From Octopus bimaculoides (lineage: Eukaryota): a DNA stretch of 33,653 nt. Numbering within the stretch: the stretch's first letter is position 1; every line of letters begins with the position of its first letter. A program made the position numbers and the translations under genes. Shown piece by piece: positions 11,200 to 22,438 of this stretch. The DNA is taken from positions 22,844,148 to 22,877,800 of the forward strand of contig NC_069002.1 in assembly GCF_001194135.2 (NCBI RefSeq), given 5' to 3'. A model generated the notes under the pieces. The model was given only the letters and a program-made list of their open reading frames with translations. It was not told the DNA's origin and did no database searches.

Positions 11200-11460
11200 A
11201 TGTTTTTGCCAAACATACTGCACAAATGATTTGTTTTATAGTGATCCAATATATGTGCCGTACATTAGCTCACCTGCCCCTCCAATAAATCAATGTTATC
11301 TGAACAGGTGCCACATTGTGCCGCACGTCAGGTATCTCAGTGATCACAGAGCAACGTGAGATGAAGTGTTTTGCTGAAGAACACAATGCACTACCTGGTC
11401 TAGGAATTGAAACCACGTTCTCAGAATCGTGAGTGCAACACCCTAACCACCAGGTCATTC
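11200..11460 (-). mobile_element. tRNA-derived SINE
   Basis: The minus strand reads TGGTGGTTAGGG (A-box-like) and GGTTTCAATTCC (B-box-like), followed by gcattgtgttcttcagcaaaacactt. Confidence 0.7.
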
Positions 11461-11639
11461 TTTCAAACACACACACGTGTATATACATGTACACATACAC
11501 ACACGTGTCCATGCATGTACACGCACACACATGCACACAATCACACATGTATGCATACATGTACACACACACACACACATGCATACATGTACACACACAT
11601 GCTATAAAAAGGATAGGCTTTTTTTTAGTTTCTCTCTAC

Positions 11640-11776
11640 CAAATCTGTTCACAAATGGATTTGGTTTGCCCGGGGTTGTAGTAAAAGACATTTGCCCAAG
11701 GTAGTGGGCAATGTTGTGGGACTGAACCCGAGTCTATATGTCTGGGAAGCAAACTTCTTACCACACAACCACGCTT
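11640..11776 (-). mobile_element. tRNA-derived SINE 5' part
   Basis: The minus strand reads gtggttgtgtggtaagaagtttgcttccca..gggttcagtcccac..ccttgggcaaatgtctttactac, homologous to the head of 24131-24533. Confidence 0.7.
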
Positions 11777-12734
11777 GTATGTATATATTTAGGTGAATGG
11801 AGTCATTTGAGAATGCATTTTCTTGACCATCAACAATAACAGTTGTTTAACCACAGGTCAGTCCTGAATGAGTAGACTTTTAATAAAAGCCATTCCAACC
11901 TTACCCACCTTGTCTTATTCTTTCACATATGCAGTGTTTCCACTGGGAGTGGTCAAATGCATCCAGTCTTTTTAAATAGTTGGGTATTAAGTCAAAGGAG
12001 ATTTGGCTATCATTTTTAGCAGGTTGCCTCGAGCTAATTGGTCCAATGTTTTGCTGATTGATGGGATGTGAACTTTTATAACCTCTTGGGAGGTTGTTTC
12101 GTACTCCATTAACTCAGTACTCTATCACCTTGCCATATTATTTTAATCCCCCATCAATTTGGTCATCCATATTCTTGAGGTTTAACTTGGCAAAAACAAA
12201 AACAAAATGCTTTATGGTACCACTCTCATTGCTGCCAAATGATTAACGGTTATAGCTGTCATATGCAAGAAAAGGGATGTTTTTGGAAGAACTCAGAATT
12301 GATGAGTGTTGAGTAATTTTTAAATTCTTGCTTGGATAAAAAAAAAAAAAAATTTTAAATCCTACCAAAATTTTCAAGATCCAAAGAATTTTAAAAGCTT
12401 TTTTGGATGAGTGGGAAATGTTTTCCTTTTGTGAGTAAATTAGCAATTGTGAGGAAAGAGATTTATTGGAAATATTCAATTTACCTCGATTAATAGCTTC
12501 TCCCTGATTGGTTGACAGGGATGACACACTCTTCAATGTCTTCTTCACAGTTTGGAAAACAACAACATCAACAACAACAACTCATGTGTGTTGCTGCAAC
12601 TTCAATTTAAAGGAGAATTAATGTTGACATTGTCATCAACGTCATTGTTGTAATCATCCTTCCTTCTCCCCTCCTCTTTCTCACCACCACCACCACCACC
12701 ATTGTTGTCGTCATCATCATTATTATTTTTTTAT

Positions 12735-12950
12735 GGTAAGCTGGCGGAATCATTGGCATGCTTTGCAATATTTTGCCCATCTTTATGTTCTGATTTCAAA
12801 TTCTGCTGGGGTCAGTTTTGCCTTTCATCCTTTCATGGGGATGATGAAATAAACAGTAGGGTCAAAACAACCAACTTGCCCCCTCCTACAAAATTTCAAG
12901 CCTTGTGCCTCCAGTAGAAAGGATTATCATTATTATCATTATCATTGTTA

Positions 12951-12982
<32 letters not shown>
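12735..12982 (+). mobile_element. tRNA-like SINE with (ATT)n tail
   Basis: ggtaagctggcggaatc..gttctgatttcaaattctgctggggtc..gcctttcatcctttc..ccttgtgcctccagtagaaaggattatc followed by (ATT)n; several homologues occur in the window. Confidence 0.8.
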
Positions 12983-12984
<2 letters not shown>

Positions 12985-14326
12985 AATTAAAAGAAGAGTG
13001 CCATTTGTTATCTGGTGAACGATATTTCGACATCTCGTGTGTCTTCAACTGGTTCAAAAAATAAATTTGTCAATCTACTTTATTTTGGTTAATATAGAAA
13101 GGATTTGAACCAGTTGACGACACACGAGATGTCGAAATATCNNNNNNNNNNNNNNNNNNNNNNNNNNNNNNNNNNNNNNNNNNNNNNNNNNNNNNNNNNN
13201 NNNNNNNNNNNNNNNNNNNNNNNNNNNNNNNNNNNNNNNNNNNNNNNNNNNNNNNNNNNNNNNNNNNNNNNNNNNNNNNNNNNNNNNNNNNNNNNNNNNN
13301 NNNNNNNNNNNNNNNNNNNNNNNNNNNNNNNNNNNNNNNNNNNNNNNNNNNNNNNNNNNNNNNNNNNNNNNNNNNNNNNNNNNNNNNNNNNNNNNNNNNN
13401 NNNNNNNNNNNNNNNNNNNNNNNNNNNNNNNNNNNNNNNNNNNNNNNNNNNNNNNNNNNNNNNNNNNNNNNNNNNNNNNNNNNNNNNNNNNNNNNNNNNN
13501 NNNNNNNNNNNNNNNNNNNNNNNNNNNNNNNNNNNNNNNNNNNNNNNNNNNNNNNNNNNNNNNNNNNNNNNNNNNNNNNNNNNNNNNNNNNNNNNNNNNN
13601 NNNNNNNNNNNNNNNNNNNNNNNNNNNNNNNNNNNNNNNNNNNNNNNNNNNNNNNNNNNNNNNNNNNNNNNNNNNNNNNNNNNNNNNNNNNNNNNNNNNN
13701 NNNNNNNNNNNNNNNNNNNNNNNNNNNNNNNNNNNNNNNNNNNNNNNNNNNNNNNNNNNNNNNNNNNNNNNNNNNNNNNNNNNNNNNNNNNNNNNNNNNN
13801 NNNNNNNNNNNNNNNNNNNNNNNNNNNNNNNNNNNNNNNNNNNNNNNNNNNNNNNNNNNNNNNNNNNNNNNNNNNNNNNNNNNNNNNNNNNNNNNNNNNN
13901 NNNNNNNNNNNNNNNNNNNNNNNNNNNNNNNNNNNNNNNNNNNNNNNNNNNNNNNNNNNNNNNNNNNNNNNNNNNNNNNNNNNNNNNNNNNNNNNNNNNN
14001 NNNNNNNNNNNNNNNNNNNNNNNNNNNNNNNNNNNNNNNNNNNNNNNNNNNNNNNNNNNNNNNNNNNNNNNNNNNNNNNNNNNNNNNNNNNNNNNNNNTC
14101 ACCAGATAACAAATGGCACTCTTCTTTTAATTTTGACTCTATATCTTCAGGAGGAGTTACCTCAACCCTTTCTATATTAACCAAAATGAAGTAGATTGAC
14201 AAATTTATTTTTTGAACCAGTTGAAGACACACGAGATGTCGAAATATCGTTCACCAGATAACAAATGGCACTCTTCTTTTAATTTTGACTCTATATCTTC
14301 AGGAGGAGTTACCTCAATCCTTTCTA

Positions 14327-14330
<4 letters not shown>
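12983..14330. repeat. 152-bp tandem repeat with an inverted partial copy, spanning a gap
   Basis: accagataac occurs at 14101 and 14253 (period 152). 12983-13103 is the reverse complement of the unit; orientation flips at 13104, giving a 38-bp stem (13021-13058 with 13104-13141, one mismatch). Confidence 0.9.
13142..14098. other. assembly gap
   Basis: Run of N. Confidence 1.
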
Positions 14331-14357
<27 letters not shown>

Positions 14358-14359
<2 letters not shown>

Positions 14360-14550
14360 AGCAGCGAGGTGTTCATTTCTCCCAGTCCTTGACATTCCAA
14401 CTTTAAATTCCACTGAGGTCAGAAGGTGTCTTTCATGTTGATATTTTCAAATAGAGACCAGTTAAAACTGGGATTGCTACAATTGACAAGCCCCTCCCTT
14501 CAAAATTGCTGGACATGTAACAAAATTAGAAAGAATTATTGTCATTATCA

Positions 14551-14594
<44 letters not shown>

Positions 14595-15024
14595 GACTAG
14601 CAGAAATGTTAGCAAACTGGACAAAATGCTTAGCAGCATTTCTTACGTTCTGAGTTCAAATTCTGCTGAGGTCGACTTTGCTTTTCTTCCTTTCGGGGTT
14701 GATAAAATAAATACCAGATATGCACTGTGGTTGATGCAATTGACTAGATCTCCCCCCACATATAAATTTTATTATCATCATTATTGCGATTAGTAGTAAT
14801 AATGATAATAATGGTTTTAAATTATGGGACAAGTCCAGCAATTTTGAGGGAGGGGACCAGTCGGTTAGATCGACTCCAGTACATAACTGGTACTTATTTA
14901 ATCAACCCTGAAAGGATGAAAGGCAAAGTTGATCTTGGTGGAATTTGAACTCAGAACGTTAAGACGAACAAAATGCCGCTAAGCATTTTGCCTGGCGTAC
15001 TAATGATTCTGCCAGCTCGCCACC

Positions 15025-15027
<3 letters not shown>
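14358..15027. mobile_element. three further copies of the (ATT)n-tailed SINE (about 14358-14590 +, 14592-14800 +, 14810-15027 -)
   Basis: Shared core gttctgagttcaaattc..gaggtcgactttgc..tcctttcggggttgataaaataa and its reverse complement, separated by (ATT)n/(AAT)n tracts. Confidence 0.8.
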
Positions 15028-15094
<67 letters not shown>

Positions 15095-15106
15095 CAACAA
15101 TAATAA
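15027..15106. repeat. (AAT)n/(AAC)n microsatellite
   Basis: Direct reading. Confidence 0.95.
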
Positions 15107-15478
15107 CAAGAGCACTCAGGGAGCGCAAATCTCTGCCAAGGTAGCACCAACGTCCTCTCAACGATTAGCCAGAGATGATTTTTTAAAATGAGAATATCTG
15201 AAATAAACTCGAATGCTCTCACAAATGAGAATACTAAAAATTAACCTGACCGCTCTCAGAAATTAAGTAAAAAAAAAACTATAAAAATAATCCAGAATCT
15301 TTGTCTGGTACTGGATTGATCCCAAAATCTAATCAGTTTGTGCCAGTCACAAGGCCAAACATCCCTGAAAGTTTCATCTGAATCCATCGAGTAGTTTTTG
15401 AGATATCTTATCCACGGACAAACAAACACACTTGAAAGCAATACCACTGCCCACCTGGGGGTGGTGGAAAGATCCAGG
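15104..15478 (+). mobile_element. possible DINE-1/HINE-like non-autonomous rolling-circle element
   Basis: Internal aaagtttcatctgaatccatcgagtagtttttgagatatc followed by a short (ACAA) tract and a 3' imperfect hairpin accactgcccacctgggggtggtgg; layout recalled from DINE-1-like elements, not verified. Confidence 0.4.
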
Positions 15479-16589
15479 GTGAGCATTGAAGAAAAATGGG
15501 GTGATAATGGGGCAATGGATGTAAAAAAAAAGAAATAAACAAACAAAATAAAGGGTTAATTAGGTCAAGTTTTATTTGTGAAATACTTTTGTTTTGAATT
15601 TGCTGCAGAAAACGGTTTATATCTATGATGGTGAGTGGGGTGGGGTGGGGAGGCAAAAGGAACCTGGCCCTAGAACTGAGTGGGTAGCAGCCCGAAAAAG
15701 TTTGGGAAGCAGTGTTACAGAGTACTCAGTTTTATTTTGAGTTCAAATCTTTCACTCCTTCAGGGTGCAATAAGATAATACCTGTTCAATATCAGGGGCT
15801 ATGCAGTCAACTATACCAGTAATTATTTGGTTACATATGAATGATGGTATGACATTTAACAATTTCTATTTCAATCGCAATTGAGCTGTTTTTTTTTTTT
15901 TTATTTTGCAGCCAGAATTTAAGGGTTATCCAGAAATTTCTGCTCAAGGCATTTATCTCCTTAAATCTAATCAAAATCATATTTTATTTCACGTGTTTAA
16001 CAAAATCAAACCATTCTCTTATTTGTTATTATATTCAAGTGGTTGCATTTTAGTTTTGATATCACAATTTAGGGTTTACTAAAGAAATTCTTTGTGGACG
16101 TGTTTGGCAATTCATTTGGATTGCACTTGCATTCAATTCCGAATGTAAGACAATGCAAAAGAGATTATTTTTGTCCTTTTTTTTGTTTCCTTTTGGCATT
16201 TAATTTTGTTTGATAGTCAAATAGTTGTTTGGTATGTGACTGGCCAGGCTGCAGATAATAATACATGTTTCGATCTTCTAAGTTTTATTTGCTACAAAGT
16301 TTTAGGGATACACACATACACACACACACACAAAAGAAAAAATATAAATAGACATGAAAAAAAAGAAAGAAAAGATACCCCCCCCCCCCCAAAAGACAAA
16401 ATTGAACAAAAAGGAAAAAAAGACTCTTTCAGATGTTTGCTTTTGTAAAGATTTGCTCCCAGCTGGTGGTGGTGGTCATGGCAGAGGCATTACTTCTGAT
16501 AATAACAGGTTGTCTTTCTTTAGCAAATGTGTAATGATTGCCAGCACCATCTTAAGTAGATTTACTTTGCTCTTCTTATCTGTTACATC

Positions 16590-17030
16590 TTTCTCTTCCC
16601 CACCCCTCAATGCTTTCTCTCTCTCTCTCACCTTTTCAAGAAAGGAGAGCAACATTTGGTTATCTTGCTCTCCCTTCTTCCTACACATGTTCTCCCCACT
16701 CTCTCTGTCTCTTTCTCACACATACACTCTCTCTCTCTCTCTCTCTCCCTTCCTTTAGTTCTGTTTTCTTACTTTTTTGGTCACTTTCCTCCTCCTCTTC
16801 CTTTCTCTCTGCCCCTACTTTTCTCTCTCTCAACTCTATCCCCTTCTCTCCTCCCCCTCTCTCAATTCCTTCCTCTACCTCTCACCACTCCTTAATCCTC
16901 TCTTCCTTCTATTCACTCTCCCTCTCTCATTATCCCTCTTCTCTCCCCCTCCCTCTTACTCTCTTACCTTCTTTCTTTCAAAACTCCCACACATCCTCTC
17001 CCCACCACTCCTTCATCTCCAACTTGTTTA
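16590..17030. repeat. long polypyrimidine (CT-rich) low-complexity tract
   Basis: Nearly all C/T on the plus strand, including (CT)n runs. Confidence 0.9.
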
Positions 17031-17671
17031 CTACTTTCAGCAAACATTTTTTGTTCAGTCAGTTATTAAATGTGTTTTATTTACCATGTGAGAGAGAGAG
17101 AGAGAGAAGGATATGTTTATGTATATATACATAGGGAGGCATGGTTAGAGAGCAAGATGTAATGAGAGAGAGAGTTAAAGAGAAATTGAAAGGGAGAGAA
17201 GGAGTGATAAGAGAGATATTGATGCAAGTGTTTCTATGAGATTATCTGTACATACACACAAACACACTCACTCTCACAAACACACACACTTATACACATA
17301 CACACACACACACACTTATACACATACACACACACACACACTCACACACACAAATCATACACACATAGTGATATTCTCACCAATACACACACATACATGC
17401 ACGCACTTATTCTCTTCTTTAAAGTAACACGCATATTTACATTCACATCTGCGCATGCATTAATGCAAAGACAAATCGTAGCATGGCCGGGCCATGGCAA
17501 GATCTCAGACTGACCTTTGGAATTAATCAAAGGAATTTAAAAGACCTGATTGACTCAGATAGTTGACATTCTCTCTTGCAGTGTTTCCTTCATATACTTA
17601 CAGCCTTACTGTGGAATGAAATTCTGATTCTACCATTTCAAGACAAATTCTACTTGCTAGAATTTCTAGAA

Positions 17672-17868
17672 CTAAATGGCTAGTGGTTCCTTTAGTGCAG
17701 CAACAATAAAATCAAAGACCCCGTTTCCAGTAGTGTGATCCTGTTGACAATAGTTTCTAGCAACGGCATTTAGTCTTGTATTTAGGGAGAGTATGGGACC
17801 ATAGAACTTTGGTAATGAAGTAAAATTCCTGGAACTCATCACCAAACTAGAAACAGTTTCCATAGTGT
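17672..17868 (-). CDS. candidate terminal coding exon of an unidentified host gene
   Basis: Canonical acceptor ttttctgaactgattccatttcag|A at 17869/17868. One open frame runs (x)TMETVSSLVMSSRNFTSLPKFYGPILSLNTRLNAVARNYCQQDHTTGNGVFDFIVAALKEPLAI*. The sequence is non-repetitive and matches no TE motif I recognise; the protein was not recognised. Confidence 0.4.
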
Positions 17869-18837
17869 CTGAAATGGAATCAGTTCAGAAAAGACCAATA
17901 TTTTATTTGATAGCTGTCAGCAGAATGGAACAATGAACTTTGTGGTGTGATGGATGGATGGATGGAAGCTCGAAGAAGTGGACAAGTTTAACCTTTCAAC
18001 TTCAAAATTAAATTCTATGGTTATTCCAGTCATGATGTTAAATATCTACCCAAAAATAGAATTGGTATTTTCTGCAAGTCCCGTTGCTTCAATAAACTTG
18101 ACATATCTGAACAGAAAATAGTTTCAAACATGACATTCCTCAACAAAAGATAGATTGGGAAATAAAACTGTTTTCTGCTGTTAAGAGGAATGAAATTTTG
18201 AGTGGAGATATGTCTAATTTCTGCAGTAAAAGGGTGAATTAAACTCTGGGGATGACTGTTCAATAGAGGAGGTACAAATCAAACTCATTTGTCGCCTCAT
18301 CTTTTATCTAAGAATACTTAACCATCTTCTGAATTTTAACATTTACGGAAACAAAGTTTTATCAGGTTTTCTTTGAAACAGTTTGCGTTTTGGGAGGAGG
18401 AGGAAGAAGAGGAAGAAGAAGAAGAAGAAAAGAGAAGAATGATGATGATGAAGAGACAAAGAAGTAAAAGGAGATGAAGAAAGGAGATGTGGAAGGAGTC
18501 TTCCTACTTCTTGGATGGCAAAGAAGGTGGAAGAATAAAGATGAAGAGGAAAATGTAAGAGGGCGGTGGTGGTGGGGATTATTTTATTGACTTCATAGGA
18601 ATTAAGTGCAGGGTTGGTGTTGGTAGAATTTGAACTTTGAAGGTAAAGGCTTGTAATTAAAGTATTTTGTCTGGAACTGTATCAATTTTGTTATTGTAAA
18701 TTTCTTTAATGAGAACTTTGTCTTCCATAGACACAAGACTATATTCTAAGGAAGATGTGTTGTCAAATTAACCAATATTCTGTGACCGTTATTTTTGAAA
18801 GAATTTGGGTCTTTGATCTAAACTTTATATGAAGACT

Positions 18838-18904
<67 letters not shown>
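18838..18904. repeat. (TG)n microsatellite
   Basis: Direct reading. Confidence 0.95.
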
Positions 18905-18905
<1 letters not shown>

Positions 18906-19579
18906 GATTTGTGTTGTCAGTTTAGCAACATTTCTAATGAAATCCACTGTTCTAAGTTTCAATTAATCTTGAAAATAATTAAGAATTTGGAGGAAGTTAA
19001 TAGAATCACTAAGACTTTCTATTAATTAATTAATTAATTAATTAATTAAGAACCCAGTGTTTGTTAGAACATAATGAAAGACACTTACATAAAACTATGA
19101 GAGATGGTTTTAATTGAAATATGAACACTTTAAAATGTAGTTTTGGATCAAATAAACAGAAGCTGTTGGCTCTGATTGGTTGATATCAAAAGGATTAAAT
19201 TACTGGTCTTTTATTTTATCAATTGTGGATGGATGAAAAGTCAAGTGGTCCCTGGTGGGATTTGAAATGACAAATGCAGCATGACATGACTAAATATTTT
19301 AAAGTAGTTTGTTGTTCTACTGATTCTGCTATGGTAGTAATAATAATTCTTGTTCAAGGACTGCAACCAAGATGTATTTTACCATTCCATGCCAGGAGAC
19401 TCTATCTCTTGTTAGCTTTGGTAAATTCGCAGTTCCATGCTGTGTGTCTCTTACCAGTGATATCAATGTAGCTGAATGGTCTTTATCCTTTATTAAGATG
19501 TGAAACTCTACAAAATATAACATCCAATATGACCTGGGTAGTTTCAACACCCTTAAAGTCTAGTCTAAATTGAGCAACG

Positions 19580-20060
19580 ACAAGTGAAATGGATAGAATG
19601 TGACCAGGAATCTACGTTTTGGTCTTGTGTTTGCATTGTGGGATGTTTTCAGTCTTCATAAGAAGCCTGTTGTATGAATGAGGCATTCTTGAAACTCCTT
19701 CTTCAAAATGCACCTTTTGGTTCTTTACAGAAGAATTCTTTCTCCACAAGAAGGTTCTGAAGAAGGCCAGCTATTTTGATTTTGTAACACTTGGTTGCCA
19801 AATGTTTTGAATTGTGTTACAGACATTCCAGGCTTGTCCCTTGCATGTAAGGGAGTTTTTCTTACTGTTAAACTGTCAGCAACATAGAATATGAGGTACT
19901 TAAGCTCATCACCGGATCAAACTGGCAGATGACTTCCGTCTTCATTGATGACCATGGATTCAGTTTTCGTTGCATTAAGAAACTGACTGATTTTAGCTGC
20001 AGCAGTCTCAAGTGATTTTAAAAAGTCTTGTACCACACAAATAAGGATCTGTGATCATCA
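19580..20060 (-). pseudogene. highly decayed LINE reverse transcriptase fragment (RTE/RTEX-like)
   Basis: The minus strand gives DD..VQDFLKSLETAAAKISQFLNATKTESMVIN..ELKYL..GQAWNVCNTIQNIWQ..FFRT.VE.IL, matching the post-YADD pattern (LE.AA...GL.LN..KTE.M; AW......IW). Confidence 0.55.
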
Positions 20061-20094
20061 AGATCATCATCATTGTTAAGACCTTGATCAGTAA

Positions 20095-20213
20095 TACAGT
20101 TCTATATTTAAGAAATGAGGAATTATGTACATTATTTACATTTGATGGATATTTGTCCTCATCAGCCTACGGGCTACTAACCCCAAGATTCCAAGTTCGA
20201 TTCCAGGCAGTGA

Positions 20214-20248
<35 letters not shown>

Positions 20249-20392
20249 TCGAAAAATACCTTAGGAATGAGAACCCAGGTTCAAAATTTCCCCAAGACAC
20301 CTGATAAACGCTGGAAGGTATATCAACCGAAATATTGTGTTATCAACAAACAAGATGAGGACAAATATCTGTTGAATGTAAAGAATGTACTG
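20095..20392 (+). mobile_element. internally deleted copy of the palindromic tRNA-head/hammerhead element, 9-bp TSD
   Basis: TSD gatcagtaa at 20086-20094 and 20393-20401. The inverted tail occupies 20095-20163, followed by a partial tRNA head with B-box GTTCGATTCC (20195-20204), (AAT)n and the tail. Confidence 0.88.
20296..20341 (+). ncRNA. degenerate (probably inactive) hammerhead ribozyme motif
   Basis: GACAC-CTGATAA-acgctggaaggtatatcaacc-GAAA-TATT-GTGTT; G8 changed to A, and helix II and the CG of helix III are mutated relative to 28090-28135. Confidence 0.7.
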
Positions 20393-20407
20393 GATCAGTA
20401 AATCATT

Positions 20408-20615
20408 TCTGTTATGGGTACAAGGCCAGAGGTTTTGGGGAAGGGCTGAGTTGATTGCAACAACTCCAGTGTTCAACTGGTCCTTTATTTCATCAACCCT
20501 GAAATGATGAAAGGCAAAGTGAACCTCAGCAGAATTTGAACCCAGAACATAAAGACAGATGAAATACTGCTAAGCATTTTGTCCAGTGCATTAACGGTTC
20601 TGCCAACTCACTGCT
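20408..20615 (-). mobile_element. (ATT)n-family tRNA-like SINE
   Basis: caaccctgaaatgatgaaaggcaaagtgaacctcagcagaatttgaacccagaac..ctaagcattttgtcc matches 14810-15027. Confidence 0.8.
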
Positions 20616-20749
20616 TTGCCTTGACTGGTAATACTAGCATCAGTTCTAACACAAGTTATAAGTTTGAAGGTTTAAGAAGGCATAGATTCAATGCAATCGG
20701 TTCCAGTGCTTTGCTGTCATTATATTGAAGGATGAGATGCTCATTTGCA

Positions 20750-20962
20750 TTCACCGTTTGGCTGTTAGATTGCTCTGTTAAATGTAATGCTTATTTATTC
20801 ACGTTGTTTTGAATTAATCTTGCGTTATCTCATAGCTTTGAGATTTCAGTGACGCAATGATGTTGTAGGATAGGTGTGAGAGGCCATATCCAGTCAGTTT
20901 GAACATAAAACAGGTAGAATATTTGGGCCAGATATGGTCAGTTTGAATACTAAAAGTTGAAT
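20750..20962. mobile_element. decayed copy of the piggyBac-like MITE seen at 28731-28917
   Basis: Shares aaatgtaat..tttattcac..gaattaatc..tctcatagctttgagatttcagtga..aaaaca..attttgg; termini eroded. Confidence 0.65.
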
Positions 20963-21469
20963 GTCCACTTATTCCATTCATCAAATAATTTCTGTTCTCA
21001 CTGTAATCTTTTACACTAATTGATCATGAGATGAATTTGATTTTTATGAATGTAATGTAAATTCAAAACGGTTTCTTTACCTCTTGTGCAGTTTTTTTAT
21101 TTTGTTTTCTTTGAAGAACAGAATATTTTCCCTCCTTGAGAATCCTTTTAAGTGTTTCATTTTCTACAGTTATTTCAATTTGTATTAACTTAGTCATTAT
21201 TTGGGCTCATGAAAAGTTCCTTTTATCTGTCCGTTGTTTCCCATTTCAATTTAACCATTTTAATTGCTAAAGACAAACACTATTCTGTTCAGTGTTTTCA
21301 AAGCATCTGGTCCTTTGTTTGCATTGTTTGGTAGGTAAACAGAATGAAGCAGCAACAACTCTGGGTTTGAGAAAGCTCTTTACTCTTACTGAGGGCAAGG
21401 CTACCTCACTAATGTTGGTACCATGTAAAATCACTCTCAGTACAGTTTGTATTGTAGCTGGTGTTTGGA

Positions 21470-21820
21470 CGAGCAACCAGCCATAGAAACCATGCCAAAA
21501 CTGAGACATTGAAGGAAGATGTGGTCGTCTCACTTGCCAAATGCCACACTATATTGCAACAATAGCATATCATCATCAATCCTTGGACATTCATGACTTG
21601 AGTCCCAAGACCCGTAGAGCTGGTTACTTAGTTTCCACGGCATACAAATGACTGAGATGATGACATTCTTTCTGAATGGGATGCCAGTGTATGACAGGGT
21701 TAATCAGTTATGGCTGAGTGGACTGGAACCATGGGAAAATGATGTGTTTTGCACAAGAAAATGATGCATCACCTTGTCTGGGAATTGAAACTATGATCTA
21801 CTCCTGATTGCTAGGCCACC
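21470..21820 (-). mobile_element. SINE fragments (RTE-tail fragment and a tRNA-head SINE)
   Basis: ccatagaaaccatgccaaaa near 21481; caccttgtctgggaattgaaac near 21770 matches the B-box region of 11200-11460. Confidence 0.55.
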
Positions 21821-21899
21821 TGTCTTCACTATCATAATGTAAAGTCATGCTGGAGAATGTAGAATATCTTTTGAGGCCATTGTTTATACTTTAATACAT

Positions 21900-22438
21900 G
21901 GCATAGTATGTATGCATGTGAATATATGTATGTATGCATGTATGTACATGTGGATGTATGTATGCATGCATGCATTATGTACATGTGGATATATGTACGT
22001 ATGCATGTATGTACATACATATGTATGTATGCTTGTGTGTACATGTTGATGTATGTATGCATATGTGGATGTATGTATGTATGTACATACATATGTAGGT
22101 ATGTATGTATGTATGAATGTATGCATGTGTATATGTATGTATGTGTGTATTTATGTATCTATGTATGTGTATGTACATACATATGTATGTATCAATGTAT
22201 GTATGTGTATATGTATATATGTGTGTATTTATGTATGTATCTATCTATGTGTATGTATGTGTGTATGTATAAATCTAAGTGTATATATATATATGTACAT
22301 ATGTATACAGGTATGTATATGTGAGTATGCATATATGTACATGTGTATGTATGTACATATGTGTATATGTATGTATGTATGTGTGTATGTATGCATGTAT
22401 GTACATGTGTTTGTATGTATGTACATATCTATGTTAGT
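21900..22438. repeat. cryptic (TATG/TGTA)n alternating purine-pyrimidine satellite
   Basis: More than 500 bp of degenerate TATG/TACA/TG units ending at the gap. Confidence 0.95.

Noticed and set aside
16476-16688. ORF MCRKKGEQ..LLSEVMPLP as a host exon
   Set aside because: Half of it is the reverse of a CT-rich tract; no convincing splice sites or recognised motif.
19021-19048. (TTAA)n as a piggyBac excision-footprint array
   Set aside because: A simple tetranucleotide microsatellite explains it; no TIR is adjacent.
21050-21400. Minus-strand exon ending at a GAG|GTAAAG donor
   Set aside because: The frames contain stops and the peptide traces look more like decayed R4/Dong pre-RT sequence; too degraded to list as a feature.
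21832-22438. His/Thr/Tyr/Met/Cys/Val-rich ORFs (also at 11270-11704, 25024-25287, 26008-26382)
   Set aside because: Translations of TG/CA/TATG microsatellites, which lack stops in several frames.
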